Source of the DNA: an uncultured Chloroflexia bacterium
GTDB lineage: Bacteria; Chloroflexota; Limnocylindria; Limnocylindrales; CSP1-4
Direction of reading: 5' to 3'
Assembly: GCA_963748625.1 (NCBI GenBank)
Contig: CAVVJT010000010.1
Span: forward strand, 1,056,001 to 1,120,000
Length of the DNA stretch: 64,000 nt
Shown: positions 8,920 through 17,622 of the stretch, in pieces
How the letters are laid out: the number at the start of each line of letters is the position of its first letter
Position numbering within the stretch: the stretch's first letter is position 1
The notes under the pieces: generated by a model
Databases searched by the model: none
Seen by the model: only the letters and a program-made list of their open reading frames with translations
Told to the model about the DNA's origin: nothing
Made by a program: the position numbers and the translations under genes

Positions 8920-10416
8920 CTGAACCTGACGGTGTATGCATCTGCGGTGCGCTCGATGGCAACGGTGCCGCCGACGGACGCCGCGCGCTCGCGCATGGAG
9001 TCGAGACCGAAGTGCCCGAGTTGGCCGGCCGGGGCAGACGGCGACGGGCCGCTGCCCTGGCCATCATCGTTGATGACGAGGTCGATGGCCTTCGAGGCGA
9101 CGGATCCCTCCACTCGGAGGGTGCGTCCGCTGCTGTGCTGGATCGAATTGGCGCATGCCTGCTGGACGATCCGGAAGACCGCCGTCTCCAGGTCGGCATC
9201 GAGCCGTTTGCCGGGAGCGAGGAGGTCGTCCACCTGTACCGTGACCGCCCAGGCCGGGTTGGCCTCGCGCAGGGCGTCACCGAGGTCCTCGAACGCGGCG
9301 ACGAGCCCCAGGTCCTCGAGGACCGGGGGCCGCAGCGCCGTCACCACGTCGCGCAGCTGCGCGGCCACCTGCCGCAGGGCCGCCGTCTCCGTGGGCGTGT
9401 CCGGCCGGGCGTCGAGCGTGCCGGATGACCGCGGCCAGCTCCTGCAGCGGCGCGTCGTGGATCTCGCGCGCGAGCCGGCCGCGCTCCTGCTCGATCGCTC
9501 GCAGCTCTGCCTGGCGGCGTACGTCGCCGATGAGGGCTCGCTCGACCACCCGGGCGGTGGTCCGTCGTGCTGCCGGGTAGACCAGGACGAGCACGGCGGC
9601 GACCGCCAGCACGGGAACAGGCGGCAGGTCAAGCACCTGGAGGCCGACGAGCGCGAGCGCGAAGACGCCCGGGAGGTAGACGAGGTCGAGGGGGTTCGGG
9701 CCGGACGCCTCGGAGAGACGGCGGAGGAGCCGGCGGCGGTCAATCGCGACGATCGTGGCGAGCAGCGTCAGCGCGGCGAGGAGCGGCAGCCGAAGCACAT
9801 CGAGCACGTCGAAGGCGACTGGCACGACGCGGATGGCCAGCACCCAGGCGGCGGCAAGCGCGACGGCCAGCGCCACGAGGAGCCCGATCCCGGCGCGGCT
9901 CGTGGTCCGTGCCGCCACGGCGACGATGCTGGCTCCGGCCACCAGAAAGGCGCCCGACCCCGCGAGCAGGAGATCGCCGAGGTTGCCCGTCCGAAGCAGC
10001 GGCACGGCTGCGAGCCCGACGGCGATCGGAATGAGCGCGGCCCCCCAGGGCGATCGCCGCAGCAGGAGGACGGACGCGGCGAACACGAGGATGGCACCCA
10101 CGAGCGCGATGTCGACGGTCCCCCGAAGCTGCGCGAGATGGCTGGACCAGTTGCTCAGGTGAAGGCCGCCGGAGCCTTCCGCCACGAGCTCCCAACCGCC
10201 GGCCGACGCCCCGTCCTGCAACGAGACGACGACGTCGCCTGCGCGAACGCCGTCGCGCCACACCGGTCCACCTGGCAGCACGTAGGCCACAGCGGTGCCC
10301 TCGCTTGTGAAGCCCATTGCGGAATCCGGGTACGCGGTGGCAGCCGTGACCAGGCTGTAGATCGCGACAGCCGTCGCCACGGCGATGAGTGCGAAACGGA
10401 ACCCCCGCATGAGCAT
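8901..10416 (-). CDS. ComP-like membrane histidine kinase (TM, PDZ-like loop, multi-TM, HisKA_3, HATPase), frameshifted near 9420
   Basis: VLPGGPVWRDGVRAGDVVV PDZ-like segment; ERGRLAREIHD in one frame; LRPPVLEDLGL, ANSIQHS, DDGQG and FGLDSMRER in another. Confidence 0.85.
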
Positions 10417-10441
10417 GCCTGCATTGTCGCAGCGAGCCCGA

Positions 10442-10530
10442 TAGGGGAATCCCTATTCGCGCCTAGGGAACCTCCCGATTGCGTTCCGGTATCGGCCCGA
10501 TGACGCTGGGGATCAACCCAATTTGCAGGG
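10442..10530 (+). promoter_or_regulatory. Paired TAGGG-N4-CCCTA palindromes (copy 3) plus GGGATCAACCCAATTTGCAG element
   Basis: Boxes at 10442 and 10464, 22 bp apart. Confidence 0.7.
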
Positions 10531-10538
10531 GGGAACGC

Positions 10539-11045
10539 ATGTCACGGTGGAACTCGGCCCGACTGCTCGGGCTTGCAGTCGCCTTGGTGGTCACGCTCCA
10601 GGGGGCCCCGGACGCACGCGCGGACAGCATGAGCGCCACGCTGGATGGGCGGCCAATCAGCATGGAGGAGGCCGAGACCCTCTCCTGTCACGACTTCGAC
10701 TACCCGGTCCTCACGTGCTTCAAGGAGTCGGCGGTGATGGAGCGGGTTGCTGCCGCACGCTTCGCGGCACGGGCGGCGATGTCAGCAGCCTCGTCGGGGT
10801 ACGTGGTGGCCTTCGAGAACGGCAGCTACGTGAGCCCGGCGCGGACGATCTCCCAGAGCTACTCGTATCTGGGCGACATCGGTTTCAACGACAAGATCAG
10901 CTCGTTCAAGTCGTACGGCGCAACGGGCCGATTCCTGGAGCATGCACCGCCGGGCGGCCTCCTCTACCCGTTCTCGGGCTCTACCTGGGTCTCGTACGCC
11001 GGGGACACCTATAACGACAAGTTCAGCTCGGTGACGTTGTACTGA
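10539..11045 (+). CDS. Secreted protein with beta/gamma-crystallin-like (peptidase inhibitor I36-like) domain
   Basis: Signal peptide ending ARA; duplicated FNDKISSF / YNDKFSSV motifs. Confidence 0.75.
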   Translation: MSRWNSARLLGLAVALVVTLQGAPDARADSMSATLDGRPISMEEAETLSCHDFDYPVLTCFKESAVMERVAAARFAARAAMSAASSGYVVAFENGSYVSPARTISQSYSYLGDIGFNDKISSFKSYGATGRFLEHAPPGGLLYPFSGSTWVSYAGDTYNDKFSSVTLY

Positions 11046-11047
11046 GC

Positions 11048-11281
11048 CAAATCCTGCAGACCTCTGGAAGCCTTGAGTACGACATCTCTCACGCGAATGC
11101 CTACGACACGCAGTCGGAGCGACGGAAGATCGCGTGCCACGAGATGGGCCACACCTTCGGCCTTCGACACAGCACGGGCGACGGTACGAGCACCTGTATG
11201 ACCGCAACCGCGACCGACGCAACCGTGGTGGGGATCTCGGCGCACGACGAGAACCACCTCATCAACTACTACCCGCACTGA
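11048..11281 (+). pseudogene. Orphan C-terminal fragment of a matrixin/metzincin protease
   Basis: Manual translation: IACHEMGHTFGLRH (HExxHxxGxxH) + STCMT Met-turn; frame closed upstream by TAA at 11012-11014, no usable start. Confidence 0.75.
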
Positions 11282-11288
11282 CGAGGAG

Positions 11289-11954
11289 ATGACGATGCAG
11301 CAGATTGCCCGCGTTCTCGTTCTTGCGGCGGTGGTCCTGTCCGTCCTCACCGTCGGCCTGTCGATAGCCCATAGCCGGGAGGCCACGGACGTCGCCGCTC
11401 GCTCGGATCGCTTCTGGGAACTCCTTGCTGTCAACGGGTCACCCATGGCCCATTTCAACACGCTCGACGCGATGGCCGACGAGTCCGACCTCGTGGTGGT
11501 CGGCCGGATCGTCAGTGTCGCACCGGGGCGTGAGGTCCGCGACCTCGACGCCGAGGCGGAGGGGTATGCGCGCGAGGAGGCCTCCGTGTACTTCGCGGAT
11601 GCGACGCTGGTCGTGGATGAGGCGCTCAAGGGCGATCCCGGCAAGGACGTGAAGCTGCAACTGCTCCTGCCGCAGCCCGGGGTGCTCGAACAGGTCCAGG
11701 CTGACCTGCCCACCGAGCGCGGCATCTACTTCCTGCGCGACATGGGCGCCTACTTTGCGAAGGAGAACCCGGAGTCCGGCCTGGCGACGACCCTCCAGGG
11801 CACGTACGACTTCGTCAGCCCCCAGGGGCTCATCCGGGATCTCAACGGGGCCGTGGGCGTCACCGCGGACGAGGGCGACACTTGGCTGCACGAGCTGGCC
11901 CGTCGCACGTTCACAGAGGTGCTCGCCGACGCGCGGCAAACGGCGGCTGACTGA
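11289..11954 (+). CDS. Membrane-anchored/secreted protein, possible TIMP/NTR-like OB-fold
   Basis: GAGGAG RBS; N-terminal TM; LDAMADESDLVVVGRIVSV motif. Confidence 0.7.
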   Translation: MTMQQIARVLVLAAVVLSVLTVGLSIAHSREATDVAARSDRFWELLAVNGSPMAHFNTLDAMADESDLVVVGRIVSVAPGREVRDLDAEAEGYAREEASVYFADATLVVDEALKGDPGKDVKLQLLLPQPGVLEQVQADLPTERGIYFLRDMGAYFAKENPESGLATTLQGTYDFVSPQGLIRDLNGAVGVTADEGDTWLHELARRTFTEVLADARQTAAD

Positions 11955-11972
11955 GCGGCGCGGAAGACGCGC

Positions 11973-13297
11973 TCAGGAGGTCGGCGGCTCCGCCCTCTGC
12001 CACTCCAGCCACGTGTCGGGATCGACGCGCGGGCGAGCCACCCAGGCCTCACCGTCCCGGACCGCGATCTCGGGCGGGAGTGCGTGCGAGAGGAAGAACG
12101 GCATCGACTCGGTGGCCCCGTAGGCGCCCACGTCCAGCACGGCGACCAGGTCCCCCACCGATGGCGCGGTCGGCACGGTGTCGCCTGACGCGAGGACGTC
12201 GAGGCCGGTGCACAGCGGGCCGGCCAACGTGACGGGACGGTCCGAGGCGACGGATGCCGGCGACGAGGCCGGACCCGTCAGCACGCGGACGCGGTGTGCC
12301 TGGCCGACCAGCGTGGGCCGCAGGACGTGATGGATGCCGCCGTCCAGGATGGCGACCTCGCGGCCGCCGACGCGCTTGCGGTCCACGACGCGGGTGAGGT
12401 AGGCGCCCGACGCGCCGACCAGGAAGCGGCCTGGCTCCAGGAGCAGGCGGGTGTCGAGCCGTCGCGGGGTCGGCGACGAGGCGGTCGGCCAGCGCGGCGA
12501 GGCGCGTTCGCAGGAGGTCAAGGTCGAGTTCGCGCTCGTCGTCGGCATACGGGATGCCCAGTCCCCCACCGCAGTCCACCAGGCGAAGCGCGAACCCGGC
12601 GTCGGCAGCCAGGCGGGCGCCCGTCGCTGACCGTCGCCTCGATGTGGTCGGCCAGGGCGTCCGCGTCGAGCAGGTTCGACGCACCGAACGCGTGCACGCC
12701 CCACGGCTCCAGCCAGGGCGATGCGACCGCAAACAGGGCGGCGGCTCGGAGGTCTTCGGCGCTCATGCCGAACTTGCCGGCGCCCGCGTCGCCGATGATC
12801 CGGATCCGCTCGTGGCGGGCAGCGTCCGGGGCATTCGCACGCAGGACCACCGGCTGGCGACGCCCGAGCGACTCCGCGATCCGCGCGAGGCGGCGCAGCT
12901 CGTTCACCGACTCCACGGTGATCACCCGGATCCCGGCCTCGACGGCTGCGACGAGCTCCTCGTCACGCTTGCCGGGACCCGTCATCACCACGCGAGCAGG
13001 ATCGATCCCCGCCCGCAGCGCGTGGCGCAGCTCCCCGCCCGACGCCACGTCCGCGCCCAGCCCAAGCCCGCCCAGGTGCCGTAGCACCGCGAGGTTCGGG
13101 TTCGCCTTGACGGCGTACGCGAGGTCGAAGACAGGCGGGAGCGCGGCCCGGAGCGCCGCCACCTGCGCGGTCACGACGTCGAGGTCGTACACGAACGACG
13201 GCGTCCCGAAGCGCTCGGCGAGCTCGGCAGGGTCGAGCCCGGCGAGGCGGCCCTCGCGCAGCACCTCGTTCCGGACCATCTCGCGTACCTCCGTCAT
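11973..13297 (-). CDS. lysA: Diaminopimelate decarboxylase-like PLP enzyme (two frameshifts near 12628 and 12456)
   Basis: YAVKAN, DVASGGE, GKFG, DCGGGLG, LEPGRFLV, GPLCTGLD and GAYG spread over three frames; last gene of the dap operon. Confidence 0.85.
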
Positions 13298-14106
13298 CGA
13301 AGGGCATCCTCGAGCGCCACCCGGGCGTCCGTCCCGGCATCGCGATCCTTGACCAGCAGTGCCACCGACGCCGACAGCCCGTGCTCGGCGGCGAACTGGC
13401 CCGGCAGCGCCCGCGTGCCCGGCACCACGACGGCGCACGGCGGCACCGCCAGCGGCGCGTCGAGCGTACCGGTGATCACCCGCTCGCGGACCATGTCGTA
13501 GAGGCGCGACGTGCCGGTGAGCGTGACCCCGGCTCCGATGACGGCCCCGTAGCCCACGAGCACGCCTTCTAGCAGCGCGGAGCCCGCACCCACGAAGGCG
13601 TCGTCCTCCACGATGACCGGCCGCGCGCCCGCGGGTTCCAGGACCCCGCCGATCGACACGCCCGCCGACAGGTGCACCCGTGCGCCGATCTGCGCGCAGG
13701 AGCCCACGAGCACGTGCGAGTCGACCATGGTGTCCTCGCCGATCCACGCGCCGACGTTCACGAACGACGGCGGCATCACGACGACACCGGGTCCGAGGTA
13801 GACGCCTCCCCGGATGGAGGTGCCGCCCGGGACGATGCGCCACGGCCGGCCGGCGTCGAACGCCGCGACCGCCTCGGGGGACGAGAGGAGGTCGCGGAGG
13901 GGGAGGCCGACGCGATCGCGGAACTGGAATGTGCCGTCGAGGTTCCAGGTGGTGGTGGCCCGGTCGCGGAAGCAGGCAAGGATCGCGGCCTTGACGTCGG
14001 GGTCGGCACACCAGCCACCAGGCGCGTCCGCGTCGGGGACCGCGGCGCGCCGGCGGCCGGCATCGAGGTCTTCGAGGATGGAGCTTGTCGAGGCCTCCGC
14101 GGTCAC
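13294..14106 (-). CDS. dapD: Tetrahydrodipicolinate N-succinyltransferase
   Basis: RIVPGG..MPPSFVNVGAWI..GSCAQIG..IGGVLEP. Confidence 0.92.
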   Translation of the reverse strand: MTAEASTSSILEDLDAGRRRAAVPDADAPGGWCADPDVKAAILACFRDRATTTWNLDGTFQFRDRVGLPLRDLLSSPEAVAAFDAGRPWRIVPGGTSIRGGVYLGPGVVVMPPSFVNVGAWIGEDTMVDSHVLVGSCAQIGARVHLSAGVSIGGVLEPAGARPVIVEDDAFVGAGSALLEGVLVGYGAVIGAGVTLTGTSRLYDMVRERVITGTLDAPLAVPPCAVVVPGTRALPGQFAAEHGLSASVALLVKDRDAGTDARVALEDALR

Positions 14107-15083
14107 GCGGCCACCTCGTCGGCCACGTCGGCCTCGATCACCGTCGTGGGCAGGAGGTCGAGCTCGCGCAGGATGCCCGTGAGTCGCTCGCGCGGCGCAT
14201 CGGTCAGCGTGAGCAGCGGCTGGCGCAGCGTGTCGGTCTCGAGCAGGCCCATCGCCAGCATGCCGGCCTTCACCGGCACCGGGTTCGGAGCGCCCTGGAA
14301 GTTGGCGCGCAGCAGCGGCAGCAGGCGGTGGTGGATGCGCTGGGCCTCGGCGACATCGCCCGTGTGCCAGGCGCGCACGAGCGCGCTCATCTCGCCCGGG
14401 ACCTGGTTCGACGCCACGGAGATCACGCCGTCGCCACCCATCGCGAGGATCGCCAGGGTCGCGGCGTCGTCGCCCGAGAGCACGGCCACGTCGCGCGGGC
14501 GGTCGCGGCAGATGACCGCCAGTTGCTCGATGTTGGCGCTCGCCTCCTTGACGGCGATGACGTTGGGATGCTCGGCCAGGTGCAGGAAGGTATCGGCCTC
14601 GACATTGGCGCCGGTCCGGCCGGGGACGTTGTAGACGATGATCGGCAGGCCGCCCTCGTCGGCGACGGCGCGGAAGTGGGCCTCGAGCATGCGCTGGTCG
14701 GGCTTGTTGTAGTAGGGCGTGACGATGAGTGCCGCGTCCGCGCCGATGGCCGCCGCACGCTGCGTGGCCTCGATGGAGCTGCGCGTGTCGTTTGACCCCG
14801 TGCCCGCGATGACCGGGATCCGATGGCGGAAGGGTCGGGCCGCCACGGTCTCGACTGCGATGCGGATGCAGGTGTCGCGTTCCTCGACCGACAGCGTAGG
14901 CGACTCGCCGGTGGTGCCCACCGGGACGAGGCCGTCGATGCCGGCGATCACCTGCCATGCGGCGAGCCGTCGATAGGCGGCCTCGTCGAGGGCGCCGTCG
15001 GGCGTGAAGGGGGTCACAAGGGCCGTGAAGGCGCCGCGGAGGAGGGGGAACTGGCCGTGGGCGGTGTATCGGACGGGGGTCAT
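14103..15083 (-). CDS. dapA: 4-hydroxy-tetrahydrodipicolinate synthase
   Basis: GTTGE, PYYNKP, YNVPGRT, KEAS and SGDD motifs. Confidence 0.95.
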   Translation of the reverse strand: MTPVRYTAHGQFPLLRGAFTALVTPFTPDGALDEAAYRRLAAWQVIAGIDGLVPVGTTGESPTLSVEERDTCIRIAVETVAARPFRHRIPVIAGTGSNDTRSSIEATQRAAAIGADAALIVTPYYNKPDQRMLEAHFRAVADEGGLPIIVYNVPGRTGANVEADTFLHLAEHPNVIAVKEASANIEQLAVICRDRPRDVAVLSGDDAATLAILAMGGDGVISVASNQVPGEMSALVRAWHTGDVAEAQRIHHRLLPLLRANFQGAPNPVPVKAGMLAMGLLETDTLRQPLLTLTDAPRERLTGILRELDLLPTTVIEADVADEVAA

Positions 15084-15164
15084 GGCAGTGGGTCTCCCTG
15101 GATGTCGATGCGGTCGGAGTGAATAGAGCTCGTCGGTTATGCAGTCATCGGATGCATAGGCTGA

Positions 15165-15923
15165 TCAGGCCGGCACGGCCACCGTCGCGGCGGCCAGGAG
15201 GTCGTCCACGACGGCATCGAAGGGGTGGAGGCCGGGCTCCTGGGTCTCGGCCATGAGCCAGCGGGCGGCCGCAAGGGCGCCGTCGGCGTAAGCGGTCCGG
15301 TCCCTGGCGGTGAGCCGCAGCTCCACCGACTCGCCCGGTCCGTCGAAGGTCACGAGGTGGGTGCCCGGGGCGACGCCGGCACGGATGCCGACGACCTCGA
15401 GGGCGGGGCGGGTGTCGGTCTCGTCCGCATCCGGGCCGGCCCAGCGCGGATCCGCCGTGACGATGCGGCGGGCCATCGTGCGCGCGGTGCCAGACGGGCG
15501 GTCGGCCTTGCCACGGCGGTGCCACTCGACGATGGACGGCTCGAAGCCGCCGGCGGCGCCGTACCAGGCGGCAGCCGTCTCGACGAGGCGGAGGAACAGC
15601 GCAGCACCGAGGGCGAGATTAGGGGCGACGACCGCCGCGGCATCGTGCTCGAGGAGGAGCGAGCGGACACGCGGCAGGTCGCCGTCCCAGGCGGATGTGC
15701 CGATGATGAAGCGCCGGTTCCCGGCGGCGAGGGCATGGGCGATGTTCACGGCGACGGACTCGCCGTATGAGGTCTCGATGACGACATCGGCGAGGGGGGC
15801 GACGCCGCGGGCGCCGGTCGCCGGAGGGCGGCCGACGAGGGTGGGCGCGGGCAGGCCGGCGGTCAGCGCGGCAGAGGCGATGGCGCCGCCGAGGCGGCCC
15901 GGTCCGTAGATGAGGAGGTGCAT
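15165..15923 (-). CDS. dapB: 4-hydroxy-tetrahydrodipicolinate reductase
   Basis: GPGRLG; IVEWHRRGKADRPSGTA; RTAYADGAL. Confidence 0.9.
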   Translation of the reverse strand: MHLLIYGPGRLGGAIASAALTAGLPAPTLVGRPPATGARGVAPLADVVIETSYGESVAVNIAHALAAGNRRFIIGTSAWDGDLPRVRSLLLEHDAAAVVAPNLALGAALFLRLVETAAAWYGAAGGFEPSIVEWHRRGKADRPSGTARTMARRIVTADPRWAGPDADETDTRPALEVVGIRAGVAPGTHLVTFDGPGESVELRLTARDRTAYADGALAAARWLMAETQEPGLHPFDAVVDDLLAAATVAVPA

Positions 15924-15972
15924 ATCGGACGTCCTTTCGTGAGGGATGCCCCACGGTTCCGGAGGTCCGAAG

Positions 15973-16014
15973 AATCACAAAGGCCGCGATCACCGTCGTG
16001 GTGTTCGCGGCCCC
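15973..16014 (-). terminator. Attenuator-type terminator in the dap leader
   Basis: Minus strand GGCCGCGA-ACACC-ACGAC-GGTG-ATCGCGGCC followed by TTTGTGATT. Confidence 0.7.
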
Positions 16015-16062
16015 TTCATCGCCTCCGGTCCCGGAGGCTCGGGTGTCGTCGCTCGCGCGCCG

Positions 16063-16143
16063 TCAGAGCCCCAGGGCCCGAGTCTTCCGACTGGGCCGCC
16101 AAGGCTTCCGCTTGGAATCGGCGACGAGGTGGATGTGCGTCAT
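16063..16143 (-). CDS. Putative Lys-containing leader peptide MTHIHLVADSKRKPWRPSRKTRALGL
   Basis: 26 codons with three AAG; CATACT -10-like hexamer upstream; precedes the terminator and dapB. Confidence 0.6.
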   Translation of the reverse strand: MTHIHLVADSKRKPWRPSRKTRALGL

Positions 16144-16191
16144 TGCGGGCGCAGTATGCCGTCGTCGCCTGAGATGTGCAAACATTTCATC

Positions 16192-16755
16192 GTGAGTAGG
16201 TTCTATGCATACGCGGTGACGGGCTCGATCCCGTCCGACTTCGGTCCGGTGCGGGTGGCCGCGACGAGTGCCGGGGTGGCGGCGGTTGAGCTGCTCGGTT
16301 CCGACGAGGGGTTCCCAGTCTGGCTTGCGCGACGGGGCGTGATCGTGGATCCCGGGGAAGCTGGCGAGCAGGCGGCAGCGCACCTTGAGGCGGTGGCGGA
16401 TGCCGTCGGGGAGCTGCTGGCGGGCGGGGATCCCGCGATGGATGCGATCCCCGTGGACGTCGGCGACCGCTCCGAGTGGGACCGGCTGGTCCTGGGTGCC
16501 GTGCGCGCGATCGCGCGCGGGACGACGGCGTCGTACGGGGAGGTGGCGCGATGGATCGGGCGACCTGGGGCGGCGCGGGCGGTGGGTGGCGCCGTGGGCC
16601 GGAACCCGGTGGGCCTGCTGATCCCCTGCCACCGCGTGATCGCGGGCGACGGGTCGCTGGGCGGGTACGGGGCCGCCTCGTGGGGCGGCATCGAGGCTGC
16701 GCTCGACCTCAAGCGGGCCCTCCTGGCACTCGAGGGTGTCGCGATCCGGCGCTGA
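16192..16755 (+). CDS. ogt: Methylated-DNA-protein-cysteine methyltransferase
   Basis: SYGEVA..AARAVG..NPV..IPCHRV. Confidence 0.9.
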   Translation: MSRFYAYAVTGSIPSDFGPVRVAATSAGVAAVELLGSDEGFPVWLARRGVIVDPGEAGEQAAAHLEAVADAVGELLAGGDPAMDAIPVDVGDRSEWDRLVLGAVRAIARGTTASYGEVARWIGRPGAARAVGGAVGRNPVGLLIPCHRVIAGDGSLGGYGAASWGGIEAALDLKRALLALEGVAIRR

Positions 16756-16883
16756 CGCGATGCCGGGTGTCGCCCAGCCGACACGCACCCTGTGCGAACG
16801 GGCATGCCGCACCCGGACAGCGCGACCGTACAGTCCGAGGCACATCGGATGGATGTGCAAGCGGCAGCGGCGGGAGGCCGGAG

Positions 16884-17372
16884 ATGGCGCAGAACGACCA
16901 GGATCAGGGTTTCGCGACCCGTCTGCCGGGGACCGGCGGGGACTTCATCGACAGCCAGGACGTCGAGGGGCACGGCCTCCGCCGGGATGACGAGGCCGAG
17001 GGCGCGGCCCGCCGCGACGCCGACGGTGACGGTGCGATCCGCCGCGACGACGACGTCGAGGGGCACGGCCTCCGCCGGGATGACGAGGCCGAGGGCGCGG
17101 CCCGCCGCGACGCCGACGGTGACGGCGCGATCCGCCGCGACGACGACGTCGAGGGGCACGGCCTCCGCCGGGATGACGAGGCCGAGGGCGCGGCCCGCCG
17201 CGACGCCGACGGTGACGGCGCGATCCGCCGCGACGACGACGTCGAGGGGCACGGCGCTCGAACGCCGTTCGCAGACGAAGGGGGTCCCGACGACCTCTAC
17301 ACCAGCCGTCCCGCCGGCCAGGGCGAGATCATCATGCGCGGCCCCAACGACAACCCGCACGGCGAGCGCTGA
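16884..17372 (+). CDS. DVEGH-repeat acidic polyprotein (candidate peptide precursor)
   Basis: GGGAGG RBS; three 31-aa units DVEGHGLRRDDEAEGAARRDADGDGAIRRDD plus a fourth DVEGHG. Confidence 0.8.
   Translation: MAQNDQDQGFATRLPGTGGDFIDSQDVEGHGLRRDDEAEGAARRDADGDGAIRRDDDVEGHGLRRDDEAEGAARRDADGDGAIRRDDDVEGHGLRRDDEAEGAARRDADGDGAIRRDDDVEGHGARTPFADEGGPDDLYTSRPAGQGEIIMRGPNDNPHGER
16959..17255 (+). repeat. 93-bp tandem repeat x3 plus partial copy
   Basis: Units start at 16959, 17052, 17145 and 17238. Confidence 0.95.
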
Positions 17373-17390
17373 TCCTCCTCCGCGCTCGAA

Positions 17391-17414
17391 CGGCCGGCCC
17401 GCAAGGGCCGGCCG
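17391..17414 (+). terminator. GCAA-loop hairpin after the DVEGH gene
   Basis: CGGCCGGCCC-GCAA-GGGCCGGCCG. Confidence 0.6.
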
Positions 17415-17622
17415 TCGTGCTGTCCGGCGCGACCCCGGCCCCCGCCTGTCACTGGTCGACAAGCCCACCGGGTACCGGACACCGGTGATCCCCCAGCCGG
17501 GGGGCGTTCGTGGCTCATGCATGCAGGACTCAACCCCCCGTTTGTCGATTCGGGGGTTGATCCACGAAAGCGAGCACCGGATTCGCCCCACGGCTGGGGC
17601 GCTGGGCTGGGGCGCCGGGATG

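Noticed and set aside
15950-16150. Lysine (L-box) riboswitch upstream of dapB
   Set aside because: I could not find the AGAGGUGC / loop-E / kink-turn consensus; a leader-peptide attenuator fits better.
16959-17255. 93-bp repeats as CRISPR or non-coding satellite
   Set aside because: No unique spacers; the unit is a multiple of 3 and in frame within an ORF that has an RBS and terminator.
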